Shown: positions 14,558 to 25,496 of the stretch, piece after piece | How positions within the stretch are numbered: position 1 is the stretch's first letter | Layout: each line of letters begins with the position of its first letter | Source of the DNA: a virus | Lineage: Duplodnaviria > Heunggongvirae > Uroviricota > Caudoviricetes | Virus record (IMG/VR): IMGVR_UViG_3300032167_000028 | Length of the DNA: 42,347 nt | Direction: 5' to 3' (one strand) | Position numbers and translations under genes: made by a program | Notes under the pieces: generated by a model | What the model was told of the DNA's origin: nothing | Databases searched by the model: none | The model's input: only the letters and a program-made list of their open reading frames with translations

Positions 14558-17530
14558 ATGGCCAAAGCTTTTAGTTCTATAACTATTACTGAAGTTAATG
14601 ATGGTCAAAATGGTACAACCTTAGTTTGGAAGGGTTCCTATGCCTCAGTTGCAGATTTAATTGAGGCATAGGGATCTCCAAAAAATGGTTGGGCTTATTA
14701 TGATATAGGATTAAAGGGCTCTTATATCTATCAAGATGGTTCTTGGTTTTTACTTAGTCAAGATGGTTTAGATGGAGATGGAGCAAATTAGATAGTTGAT
14801 ATCCGCTATAGTGATAATTTAAATGATAAACATTTTACAACCAATGATAATGGTGAGGAAGATGGCCTCACTTTAGGAAAATATATTGGTTTTCGACTTG
14901 TTGAAAAAAAGCCTACAACTGAAGAGCTATAGGGAACTTTTGATGATTATTCATGGAGTTCATTAGAAACAACTGTTGATTTTAATTTATCTTTTTATAT
15001 AAAAACTAGTGCGCAAATAATTAATCATCAAGTCGATAAAAATAACGTTTATGCTTGTACACCGGATGAAATAAAAATTGAGTTTTATGCCGAAGCAAAT
15101 GCAGAGCGTATAGTCTTAAATAAAGATTTATATTGTTTTGATATAAATTTTTATTATGAAGATGGTTCAATAGATAATAAATATATTAAAGAAGATTTAA
15201 GTGAAAGTACATTTGAATTATCTTTATCTAATATTAATCAAAAAATTAATTAGATTGATATTATTTTATATGAAAAAAGGGAAAATATTGGTATAAATGA
15301 AGACGGACAAGAACAAGTAAGTATAATCCACAAAATTTAGGCATCTTCAACTATTATTGGTATTTATGAAATGACAAAAGAATTAGCTATTTTTTAGGTG
15401 AATGCTGATTCAATTGTCTAGTCAATTGGTGAAACAAAATTAACGTTTAGCGATAAAGGATTAACCGTTGCTAACGGTGCTTTAACAATTTTAGACAAAA
15501 ATTCTGTACCAGTTTTTTATACTGTTGATGGCGATTTAGTTTTAAAAGGCACTATTTATGCTGAAAATGGTGAATTTGGTGGTTGGGTTATTAAAAAAGA
15601 ATAGTTCTCTTCAAGCAATAACAAAACTATTTTTTATAGTGGAGCCGGTATGAATTATCATGGGTCTTCAGCTAGAATATTAACAGGTTTACGCGAAACT
15701 CAGGCTCTCGTTGAAGACGATGAAGAATTAAATTATTCTTTTATTGTTACTGATAATGGTTATCTTTATTGCGCAGATGCTAATATTACCGGTGATATAC
15801 ATGCTATAAATGGTTCTATTTTAAATTTCTTTAAAATTGGAACAGAAGATAGTTTCCGAGGTATCACAATTTATGGTGGTAATAATGAGAACGATAGCTA
15901 TATAGGTTCAAATAATTTTAGTTCTGGTACATTTGGCTATGGTTGGAATATTAGTGGTGGCGGTACAGCGGAATTTACTGATATTCGTGCAAGAGGAAAA
16001 ATATCAAGTTCAGTTTTTGAATATCAAAAAACAAGTTCTATTGGTGGTAACTTATATATTACTCCTACTATTTATTTCGAACAAGCTTCTAGTCCGATTA
16101 AAACAGAGAATGGAAAATTTGTAGTTACTTTAACTCATTCCTCTTCTGATATTAAAGGTATTAGTGGCCGTGCTTGGAAAGAAAAAGATGAAATTCGTTT
16201 AGAAGGTATTGCTGTTTTAGAGTCTAATAAAAATTAGGTTATATTAAACAATGTTGTAGGTTATATTTAGAAAATTGAAGTTATTAATAATGAAACAAAT
16301 ATTGAAGTTGTTTTTGAAAATGAAAAATCATTAAATGACTATATTTTAATCGAAGGTACTCTTTTAATGTTTTATGGTGCTTGGGATGAAGCTACTTAGA
16401 AAATACAACAAAGTGGTATTTATTTAACAGCTTCTGAAGAAGCTTCTCCTTATATTGATGTTTATGATATTAGTACAGATGGAAAAGTTAAATATAGTCC
16501 TGCGGTACGATTAGGAAATCTTTCTGGAGTTCGCAATGATATTTTTGGTACGGAAACTGGATATTTAGAAGGTTTTGGTTTATATAGTTCTAATGCTTAT
16601 TTAACCGGTGAATTAATTTTACCAAATGCTGGAATTACCAATCAATAGAAGGTTGGTTATGATGGTTTAGAAAATTATACTTCTATAAACGAAGATAGTT
16701 CGAACGCTATAAGAATATGGGCTGGCGCGGAAAAACCTAAATCAGATAGTGAAATAATAGCACCTTTTATTGTTACTTAGGATGGTTCTTTATATGCTAA
16801 AAAAGGAGTCTTTTAGGGCACTGTTATAGCAGAAAACGGTTATTTTAATGGAGTTATATAGGCCGCGGGAATCATTTTAGATAAAAACACAGATTATACC
16901 TCTCCTGAAATAGGAAAAGATCACTTTTTTGTTGGTTATTCTCAAAATCCTGTTTCTTTTGATGATTATGTTTTAAATATAGGTAAAGATGGAATATCTA
17001 TTTGGGAAGGTGCTCTTCGTGCTTTTAGTGATTTTGCAAGTATAAGTACAAATGAAAAATATACCCATAAAATTTATGGTTATGATAATACTTAGAAATA
17101 TACTCCTCTTCCCTATTTTTTCTTAGTAGATGCTGTTCACAATATTACGTCAGAGGGTTTATCACTTGATAATAGAGTAGTAAATTATAAAAATCATATT
17201 TTTTAGTTAGATGAAAAGTATCAATGGTCTTCGGTTCTTTTAGATAATGGTATTTGGTTTTCTAGCGGTACAAATGAAGATTTTATTCTACAAAATAATT
17301 TAGATACATTAGAGAAAAAAGCTTATGAATCTCATGGAAAAATTGGTATTTATGAAAAAGAAAATAAACTTAATATAAGAAGTGAAGAAATAATTCTTGA
17401 AAATGAAGATATATATTTTAATGGTTATTTACACTTAAATAATAATAGTTCTAATGATATTTCAATTAGTATCGGTAATATGCTAATTCAAGAAGTCGAT
17501 AGTACTATTGAAGGAATCAATTTTATATAA
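14558..17530 (+). CDS. Minor tail / tail-spike-like protein, 990 aa, many in-frame TAG
   Basis: ATG 14558 with AAGGAGG RBS. Frame 2 stays open with TAG=Gln to TAA 17528-17530. Beta-rich tail motifs (GTIYAENGEFGGWVI; IRIWAG...APFIVTQDGSLYA). Confidence 0.7.
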
Positions 17531-17543
17531 AGGAGAAAAAAGG

Positions 17544-20500
17544 ATGAGTTATAGTGTTGGCGCGATTTATAGCGCAGATGGAATAGCTTTAAGTGGAAAG
17601 CCTGGTACCAGTTCCAATTATGCCACAGCCTATTATGGTGGTTATGACGGAACTTGGCCTTCTAGTAGTAATTGGTCTGGATATAAAATTAATTCGGTAT
17701 CAGTTGGTTTTGAGATAGAAAATTATATGTCTTCAACAACAGCTTATATTACATTAGAATTAAATGGAAGAACTTTAGTTGATTCATATCCTATTAGCGC
17801 AGGTACTAGAGTTGATGTTACTTAGTCAGGACCCACTTCAGGTTATTTAATATAGGCTTTATTAAATGGCAATTCTATTTCAATTACCGGCGATCGTAAT
17901 ACTTCTACTGGTAGTGGAACTTTTTTACAATTTAAATCAGATATTTCTGTTTCGATTAATTATGAGTTACCTAAAACATATACGGCTTGTTCTGCTCCTA
18001 CATCAGTTACAGCTAGTTCAGAAAATGTAATGCCTGGTGGAACTTTTACTCTTAGTTGGAGTGGTGCATCTGGTGGTACTAATACTTCAATTTCAAAATA
18101 TGATATTTACCGCAGTACTTCAAGTGATAGCGGCTATACCAAGGTTTAGACAGAATCAAGTTCTCCAGCTCCTGTTACAATTCCAGATTCAAATGGAACT
18201 ACTTATTATTATAAAGTCTAGGCTATTTGCTCTGATACAGACTATAATAGTAGTTTGTCAACTAATTATGCCACAGTAAAAGCTACTGCCACTTCTCCAA
18301 CTATTTCTACTTTTACTATTGCTGGTCAATCTTCTAATGTTTATATTGGAGGATCTACTTAGTAGGTAACTATTAAATGGAGTGGAACAGGAGGAACAAA
18401 TAATAGTATTGTAGGGTATATATTAGTAGATGCAACTACTGGAACAGAGTAGTCATTTAGTTCAGCTGAAACATCATATACAACTACAGTTACAGTAACT
18501 GCCGGCCATACTTATTATGGTAAAATTAAAGGTTCTTATAGTAATAGTGATAGTTCTAATCAAATTACTGTAGAAGCTTTAGCCTTAGATACTAATATTA
18601 CGATTACTTCAAATCCTACTACTGGTAAAATTACCTAGCGTAATATTAATTTGTCTTGGAGCACTCCAACAATTACAACAGGAAAAATTTCTGGTAATAT
18701 CACTTATACAATTAGCTATATTAGTGACGCATTAACAGGTGATTTAGTTTCAAAAATTACGACTACTAATACTACAGTAACATTACCAACAACAATACAA
18801 TCTGGTGTAAGCACTATTTTATGGTTGACTATTTCAGCAACTGCAAGAGATGGAGGAAGTAATACTTGGACGGTAACTATTGGAGAATATACATTAACAG
18901 GTTTACCTAATGCACCAACAATTACTAAATTGTATGATACAAAAGGACCAAGTTCTATGTTAAATGGAATTTAGTCTATTGGTTATAAATATATTAAAAT
19001 TCATTTTTCTCCTGCTACGCAAAATAGTGCCAATGGTTCTGGAAGTAATTTTACTTATAAACTTCGTTATTGGAAAAATAATGAACCATATAAAACTGAA
19101 AATCTTTCTGTAAGTGGTACTGCTACTGAAATCGTTTTAGACCGTGATCTTGAAAGTGATTATGATTTATCCTCTAATTCTACAATTAACTTTTAGATAG
19201 AGGCTACAGACGAATATGGCACACCAGCACTTTCAAATAATGTTTCTATAAAACGTTTTTCTTTGCCAACAATTACTTGGAATAATTGTTCTATTACTCA
19301 AATAAATGCTTCAAATTTTTCAGTGCCTATTGGTAATAAAATAACCGGTGCTTTTTCTGGAATCATTCCTGCAGCGAGTGGTTCAACAAAAGTTATTTAT
19401 TCTTTGAAAGTAAGTTATAATAATTTTATTGCAGAACACTTAAATTCAATAAATGGCTCTTTTTCTAATACGAATTCTAATACTTTTACAACTACGGTTA
19501 CTTGTCCAACTTCTTTAGATGTAAGTAATAATTTTTAGACTGCTTTATTCCAGGAAGTATTAAATAATAATAATCCAAAACCATCTGGAACATTAATTTT
19601 AACTTATTATTATGAAGGTTTTTCTACTTATACCGCAACAAGTTTGTACTCTTTCAATTTTAATTTTATACGAACTTTAGGAGCGTTATCTTCTGAAAAC
19701 TATTTAGTCCATTATTCCAATAATCGAACTTATTTTAATCCTTTTGAAACAATAACAATTACTTGTAAGGATTTGATAGATTGGACTGGAGCTTCTGGAG
19801 AAAGAACTTATCCTGGAGCTACTATAACTAAAACAATTAAAAGAAATAATAATAACTTATCAATTAATAGTGATAATCAAATCAATGATAGCTATGATTT
19901 ATATACTGCATCAGAAGTGACTTTAAACTATTATTTAACTTATAATATTGCTTATAATAATAATGAAGTAACACCATTATCATCTACTATTATAATTTCA
20001 GTACCAATTTATAGATGGTATGAAGATAAGCATTCTTTAACTAAAGTAAGTATTAATAATAATAATTTAAAAGGGTCATTATTATTACCTAATTTATTAT
20101 GTAGTCAAAGTGGAGTTAATTTAAAAAATAATACGACCACTTCAACTAAAGAAATTTCTTATAGTTTAATAGATTTAAATTAGAATAAAATTTTATAGGA
20201 TTGGACAGCACTTACGAGTACTGAAATTGATTTATTAACAGTAAACTTCCAAAATATCCAAATAAACTCAACCAATTTATCACTGTAGGCAAAAATTAAA
20301 TATGTTAATACTTCTAACAATACAGAAACAAATTTTTTAATTGTAAACTCTAATACTTTTGTTATTCGTGAAGGTGGAGCAACTTTTGCAATACGCAAAG
20401 GACGCTTAGGAGTAAATGTTGAAAAAGATTTTGGTGTTTTAGACCATGGGGAAACAAATGTTCCAACTATTAAAATTAATTAGTAGAGTAATAGTACTAA

Positions 20501-20879
20501 TGCAATAATAGATATGGATGCCAATGAAGAAGGAATTGGTTTTAATATATTTAGAGTTGGTGCAAATGAAGTTGGCAGTATTAAAAAAACTTCGGATAAT
20601 AAAAATATTGTTATTTCTGGCCATATTAAAAAAATATCTACTTTTATTAATTCTTCTAATTGGAATAATAATATTTATACAATTTATGATGCTGATATAA
20701 CTACAACTTCTTTGTAGGAAATTTTACCATCACCATCTATTACAACAGAAGAATTAAAAACTTTTTAGAAGGCCAATATAATTGGAGGAACTTAGCAAAA
20801 TGGTAGCTGTACATTAATTTGTCATGGTAAAGTTCCTAATATAGATATACCAATTCTTTTAATGATACAAGGAGGTTAA
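17544..20879 (+). CDS. Ser/Thr/Asn-rich tail protein with fibronectin type III-like domains, 1,111 aa (candidate adsorption protein)
   Basis: ATG 17544 after AGGAG. Frame 3 stays open with TAG=Gln to TAA 20877-20879. FN3-like pattern APTSVTAS...FTLSWSG...YDIYRST...TYYYKVQA. The C-terminus CTLICHGKVPNIDIPILL resembles the ends of Bacillota phage tail proteins. Confidence 0.7.
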
Positions 20880-20887
20880 AGGAGTAT

Positions 20888-21970
20888 ATGCCAACAATTG
20901 TAAGAAGTGGTGGCGGCGGAATGGATGTTTCTGCCGCAAATGCAACCAGAAGTTAGGTGTTATCTGGAGCTACTTTTTATAGTAATGCAAGTGATGATAT
21001 ACAAACTGGCACCATGAGTAATCATGGTACCAAACAAATTAATGTAGGAGATACTGGAAGTGCTGGATATTATTCTAGTGTTAGTATTAATGCCAGTTCT
21101 TTAGGAAATGCTACTGCTGGTCATGTTTTAAGTAATGCAACTTTCACGAATACCAGTAAAAAAACATAGTCTGGTTCTATTGTCATTAGAAGTGATCCGA
21201 ATGGAACGGTTAGTGTTGGAGGCACTTATAAAAATACAAATGCTGGTTATTATTCTAGTATTACAGTAACTGGTCCTACCTTATCTGGCAATGCCGAGGC
21301 TTCTCATGTTTTAAGTGGAAAATCTTTTTATTCTAATACTGGAACAATGATTAATGGTTCAATGGCAAATTATGGAGCATTAACTGGTTCTGTTACAGTT
21401 GGAGGAACTTATACAAATACTAATGCGGGTTATTATTCCAGTATTAAAGTAACGGGTCCAACATTATCTGGAAATGCGACAACTTCAGATGTTTTAGTTA
21501 ATAAAACTTTCTATTCTACAAGTGGTACTTAGCAAAAAGGTACAATGACCAATCATGGAGCAGTATCTCAGGCAGCACCTTTTACTGGTGGTGCGGGTTA
21601 TTATACTAGTATTACAGTTACCGCGCCTAGCGTTAGCTTAACAGGTAATGCTTCTTCTATAGATGTAGTATATCCGTATACTTTTTATAATACTTCTACA
21701 ACTCGTAGAACCGGTTCTTTTAACTATTGGTATGATCAAGGATATATTATAACAACAAGTTGGTCTTGTAAAACCCTTTCGTTTACACCTGTATATTATG
21801 GTGCTTCTATTAATGAAAATGAGGATGGAGATAGTACAGCAGGATCAGGTTTTGGCGGTTATCATAAAAAAACTAAATGTTATGTTAAAGGTAATGTAAT
21901 TTATTGGTGTCATGCGGGCACTAGTAAAACCCACTGGGGCTGTGTAGTTGCTATTGGGGCGGTAGATTAA
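20888..21970 (+). CDS. Tail fibre-like protein with internal repeats, 360 aa, 3 in-frame TAG
   Basis: ATG 20888 after GGAG. TAG at 20954, 21167 and 21530; TAA at 21968-21970. Repeated unit GNAxxxxVLxxxTFY...GTMxNxG...AGYYSSI. Last gene before the terminator. Confidence 0.7.
20936..21720 (+). repeat. About 4.5 imperfect repeats of roughly 55-63 aa in the tail fibre gene
   Basis: Recurring (G)NAT/E..(H/D/Q)VL..(T/S)F(Y) and AGYY(S/T)S(I/V) motifs. Copies 3 and 4 are close even at DNA level (gttggagg.acttata.aaatac.aatgc.ggttattattc.agtatta). Confidence 0.85.
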
Positions 21971-21999
21971 AAGAGGGAGCTTAGGCTCCCTCTTTTTTT
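21969..21999. terminator. Bidirectional intrinsic terminator at the convergence of the two arms
   Basis: AAAAGAGGGAGC-TTAG-GCTCCCTCTTTT perfect 12-bp inverted repeat with T-tracts on both strands. Confidence 0.9.
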
Positions 22000-22952
22000 G
22001 TTAGAATTTTTAAAAAGTCCATAAATCCAATATTTGGAATATTTTCTACAAAACCACCTGTTAAATTCCAAGCTTTCTACCAATCTTCTTGAGTAAAATT
22101 AAGCCAATATTTATCTAAAAAGTTCCAATAAATTTCATTTATTATTTTGTTTATATCTGCCAAATATTTCTATGCTTCAACCATAATATACATATGATTA
22201 TAATCAAAATATAATCGTATTACTCGTTCAGGTAAAATTTTTTCAATCTTTTCCTCTTTAACTATATTATTATTAATTAGATATTGTAAAAGTTTAAATT
22301 GTTCTTTATAGTTGTTGACAAAATATTCATAATAAACAGCTTCACGTTTTTGATTGGTAAGACTATTTTCATTATTTTTCCATACATATATTGGATATTT
22401 TAGTTTTGCATGTTTTTGTGTTACTAACTAATAAAAAAGATTGAAAGCATTATCTTCTCCATAATAAGTCTCAGGAAAAAGAATATTATATTTTTTAATT
22501 ATATCAGTTTTATATATTTTCCCAAATAGCCATACATCATAATCATCATTAAATTCAAGCGTTTTATCTTCTTTATAAAAAGGAGCAAAAACAAAATCTT
22601 GTGAATCCATTGTTATTGTGGTGTATAACATCTATATAGCCATTGTAGAATAAAAAATATCATCGGCATCAGCAAATATTATATAAGGAATATTTTGTTT
22701 AATAACATATTTTAAACCAATATTTCTTGCCGCGCCTGGACCACTTTGAGCAACCTTCGTTTTTAAAATTACAATATCTAATTTTGAAAATTCGTCATAT
22801 AAAAAGTTGTATAAAGCATTATTATCATTATCGTTAATAATAACGATTTTACATTTTTCGATATAGGTCTAAGCCTAGATAGTACACATTAAATTAGAGA
22901 TATAATCCTAAGCATTGTATGCTGGGATTATTATAGCAATTTCCTTGCTCAT
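21981..22952 (-). CDS. Glycosyltransferase family 2 (GT-A fold), 323 aa, 7 in-frame TAG
   Basis: ATG 22952 with GGAGGA RBS. Motifs IAIIIPAYNA, (TAG)A(TAG)TY at the conserved QT position, IIND, GPGAARNIGL, IIFADADD (DxD), GKIYK and YGED. TAA stop at 21983-21981. Confidence 0.88.
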
Positions 22953-22969
22953 AATTCCTCCAATAAAAT

Positions 22970-22991
22970 AACCGCACATCTCTATGCGGTT
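22970..22991 (-). terminator. Hairpin, possibly a weak terminator, just upstream of the GT2 RBS
   Basis: AACCGCA-(8 nt)-TGCGGTT followed on the - strand by ATTTTATT and then GGAGGA. Confidence 0.5.
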
Positions 22992-22999
22992 TTATATAA

Positions 23000-23383
23000 T
23001 TACTCATCAATGAAATCTTCAATTAAAATCATTTGAGCAGGAGTAAGATCAATCTTTTCAAGCATGGAAAAATTAATCTTAGAACAATTTAATTCAACCT
23101 TCTCTTCAAGGAAAGCCCGCATTTCAGTGACATAATCTTCAATACCTTCTTTCTTAATAATGTAATTACCCTTTTCATCGGTAGTGAAGGTTCCGTCTTC
23201 ATTCTTGGCACCATAGGTATCGAGCATTTTATGTTGAACCACTTCAATAGATTCATATTCTTTATCAACAAGCTTTAACATTTTCAGAATACTAAATGCC
23301 TCACGAGCTGGCATTGAAGTATTAGCAAGTTTCTAAAGAACTGGCTTAATAGTTAAAAGACTTTCAATAGTTGTCGTAATCAC
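23000..23383 (-). CDS. Hypothetical phage protein, 127 aa (possibly DUF1617-like), 1 in-frame TAG
   Basis: GTG 23383 with GGAG RBS overlaps the upstream TGA (GTGA). One TAG (VLQKLANT) joins the N-terminus to the ORF-track fragment. The family resemblance is by eye only. Confidence 0.65.
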
Positions 23384-24126
23384 AGTATTTCGTCTCCCCA
23401 TTCAAATTGTTTTTTTATAGTAGCAACCTTTGGTACAAATTGCTAAGCAAAGTAATAACCCAAACAAATAGCATCCGCTTCATCCTATGTGGCTTTTATA
23501 TGATACATAAGCCGCACATAATTCTACGCCTATTGTTTAGCATTTTCACGCTCTTCTCCAGAACAAATTCCAAGATATGAACGCCAAGTAGAAGAATAAG
23601 CTAACTTGTTGTCGATTTTCTTTTCATAAAGATAATCTAACAATACACCTTGTAAATTAGCTAGCGTCTAAAACATTTTTACATTCTTCTAATACTGAAT
23701 ATTTTCCACACCTACTGCATCAGGACAAGTTTTTTCTATTACAGAATCAACCCATCTTTTTAATTCATTAATGCGGCCGGTTGAATTAGCAAATTCATTG
23801 GTAGTAAAAGTACCATAATCTACTAATTTTTTATCATCAAAAATTGCGTATCCGGTTGTGCCGGTTGCGGCATCAAGAGCAAGAACTCTCATTCTTGTAT
23901 CTTTACCGCGAGCAGGTAATTTATTTCTTGTTACATTTCCATTAGAAAGTTTTACACACTCTTCGCAAATGTGATGCTTACGCCAATTATCATAAGTATC
24001 ACTAACCTAATGCCCCTTTGGACAAATAAAATTCAAAGGGGTTTTTAAGTTTTTATAAGTAGTAGAGATAAGCTACCATCCAGCCGCCTCTACATCTGAC
24101 TAAACAGTATAAATATTAATTGCCAC
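23380..24126 (-). CDS. ruvC: RuvC-like Holliday junction resolvase with an N-terminal zinc-ribbon domain, 248 aa, 9 in-frame TAG
   Basis: RuvC motifs VLALDAATGTTGYA, VGVE and QDEADAICLG are contiguous only if TAG is read as sense. N-terminal CPKGH...CEEC. GTG start overlaps the dUTPase 3' end; TGA stop at 23382-23380. Confidence 0.82.
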
Positions 24127-24931
24127 TAGAACCGAACCCGCCTTCACCGCGATCGGTGTTTCGTTCTACATTATCAACAACGTGATAACGTGCTTTGTAA
24201 CTCTTTTCAAGTCCCATCTGAACAATTCGATCACCAGCTTTAATTTCAACTGGAATATTACTGAAATTGTCAAACAAAACTTTTAACTCACCACGATAAG
24301 TCTCATCAATCGTACCAGGACTATTGGAAAGACGAAGTGGTGTCTTATGACTCATGCCACTACGAGGACGGAAAGAAATCATCCAACCATGAGGGATTGC
24401 TACTCGTAGACCAGTTGGAACCATGACGCCATAACTACCGGGCTGAATAGTCATATCTTCTACTGCATAAACGTCGGCACCCCAATCAGTATCATGAGCA
24501 TAAGTAGGAAGTTTAGCATTTGGATGACAAAGTTCAACAGCAACATTGAAAATATCACGATTAGTGATCTTATTAATTGCGGTTAAGATGTAAGCTTCAA
24601 TGAGAGACATAAACTCGTCACAGAACTCACACTTATTAGGCTGGTCTTTATACTTTTCCTTAATCTCTTCTATTACACCAGAAAAGAGTTCAACCGTATG
24701 AGATAGTTCCTGAACATATACATCTAATGTAAATCCATTCTTATCTCCTTCAATTAGAAGCTGATCAATTGCTTGTTCTGCTTCAGGGCCTGAATAAGCT
24801 TTAGCGATACTATTGAGTAGCTCTACTTTCATGTCGCCAAAAAGCTCGTCATCCGTATCTTCAAAGATTTTAAGAAGTTCATTCTTAAAACCTTCAATTG
24901 CCTTTAAATTAGTATCAATTACATTATCCAT
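24116..24931 (-). CDS. dut: Trimeric dUTPase with an acidic helical N-terminal extension of about 125 aa
   Basis: Motifs GADVYA, PTGL, RPRSG, SPGTIDETYRGE, GDRIVQ and RGEGGFGSSG. No TAG. Confidence 0.92.
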   Translation of the reverse strand: MDNVIDTNLKAIEGFKNELLKIFEDTDDELFGDMKVELLNSIAKAYSGPEAEQAIDQLLIEGDKNGFTLDVYVQELSHTVELFSGVIEEIKEKYKDQPNKCEFCDEFMSLIEAYILTAINKITNRDIFNVAVELCHPNAKLPTYAHDTDWGADVYAVEDMTIQPGSYGVMVPTGLRVAIPHGWMISFRPRSGMSHKTPLRLSNSPGTIDETYRGELKVLFDNFSNIPVEIKAGDRIVQMGLEKSYKARYHVVDNVERNTDRGEGGFGSSGN

Positions 24932-24933
24932 TA

Positions 24934-25131
24934 TTACACCTCATAGGACATTTCAATAGTAACAACATACCACATATCTACGATCTCGCCCTTAGACTTC
25001 CTAGTCTTAACAGTATATCCGCCTTTGGTTACGGTAAAACCGCCCTTGTTCTTATATTCTTCGATCATAGAAATTGCTTCATTTTCATCAGTAACTTTCC
25101 AGACCTTAGTTTCCCTCATCAGTTCGACCAT
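24934..25131 (-). CDS. Small hypothetical phage protein, 65 aa
   Basis: Packed between neighbours with an overlapping start. TAA stop, no TAG. Confidence 0.75.
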   Translation of the reverse strand: MVELMRETKVWKVTDENEAISMIEEYKNKGGFTVTKGGYTVKTRKSKGEIVDMWYVVTIEMSYEV

Positions 25132-25495
25132 TTTCGTTATTCTCCTTTTTAAATTCTTTTTCTTTTTCTGCTGCTTTTACTTTTAGATTTTCATAAAGTG
25201 CTTTATATAAATCTTGTCTAAACTGTGGATTCTGTTTAGCATAATTTTCAGTTTCTTGGAACATTTGTCCCAAAGCTCTCAAACCACGCTTGCGGCCTTT
25301 TGCATTCATCATTCGACGACGTTCTTTTCGATTAGGGATCCAAACATCATCGGGCCGCTCACCTGGCTTAGCTGGCTCCCATAGATCCTGTGGCTTAGTA
25401 TTTTCATCAATTACTGCTTTTGTATAAGTAATTTCCTTACCATCAATTATAACTGTTAAAGGCTCAGTATTTACTTCTGTATTAATTTCACTCAT
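25106..25495 (-). CDS. Hypothetical protein with an Arg-rich PNRKERRR motif, 129 aa
   Basis: ATG 25495 has a GGAGG RBS and is preferred over the ORF-track start at 25522. TAA stop, no TAG. Confidence 0.75.
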   Translation of the reverse strand: MSEINTEVNTEPLTVIIDGKEITYTKAVIDENTKPQDLWEPAKPGERPDDVWIPNRKERRRMMNAKGRKRGLRALGQMFQETENYAKQNPQFRQDLYKALYENLKVKAAEKEKEFKKENNENGRTDEGN

Positions 25496-25496
25496 A

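Noticed and set aside
3-21970. Decayed prophage or pseudogenes with many nonsense mutations
   Set aside because: All interruptions are TAG, never TAA/TGA or frameshifts. Frames stay open for kilobases, and RBSs and gene junctions are intact.
20936-21970. CRISPR array or diversity-generating retroelement target
   Set aside because: The repeats are in-frame, diverged coding repeats without unique spacers. No template repeat or reverse transcriptase is present in the window.
23380-24126. TnpB/IscB/Cas12-like RNA-guided nuclease (RuvC plus zinc finger)
   Set aside because: The RuvC fold is compact and contiguous with resolvase-type motifs. The gene overlaps both neighbours, leaving no room for a guide RNA or array, and there are no transposon ends.
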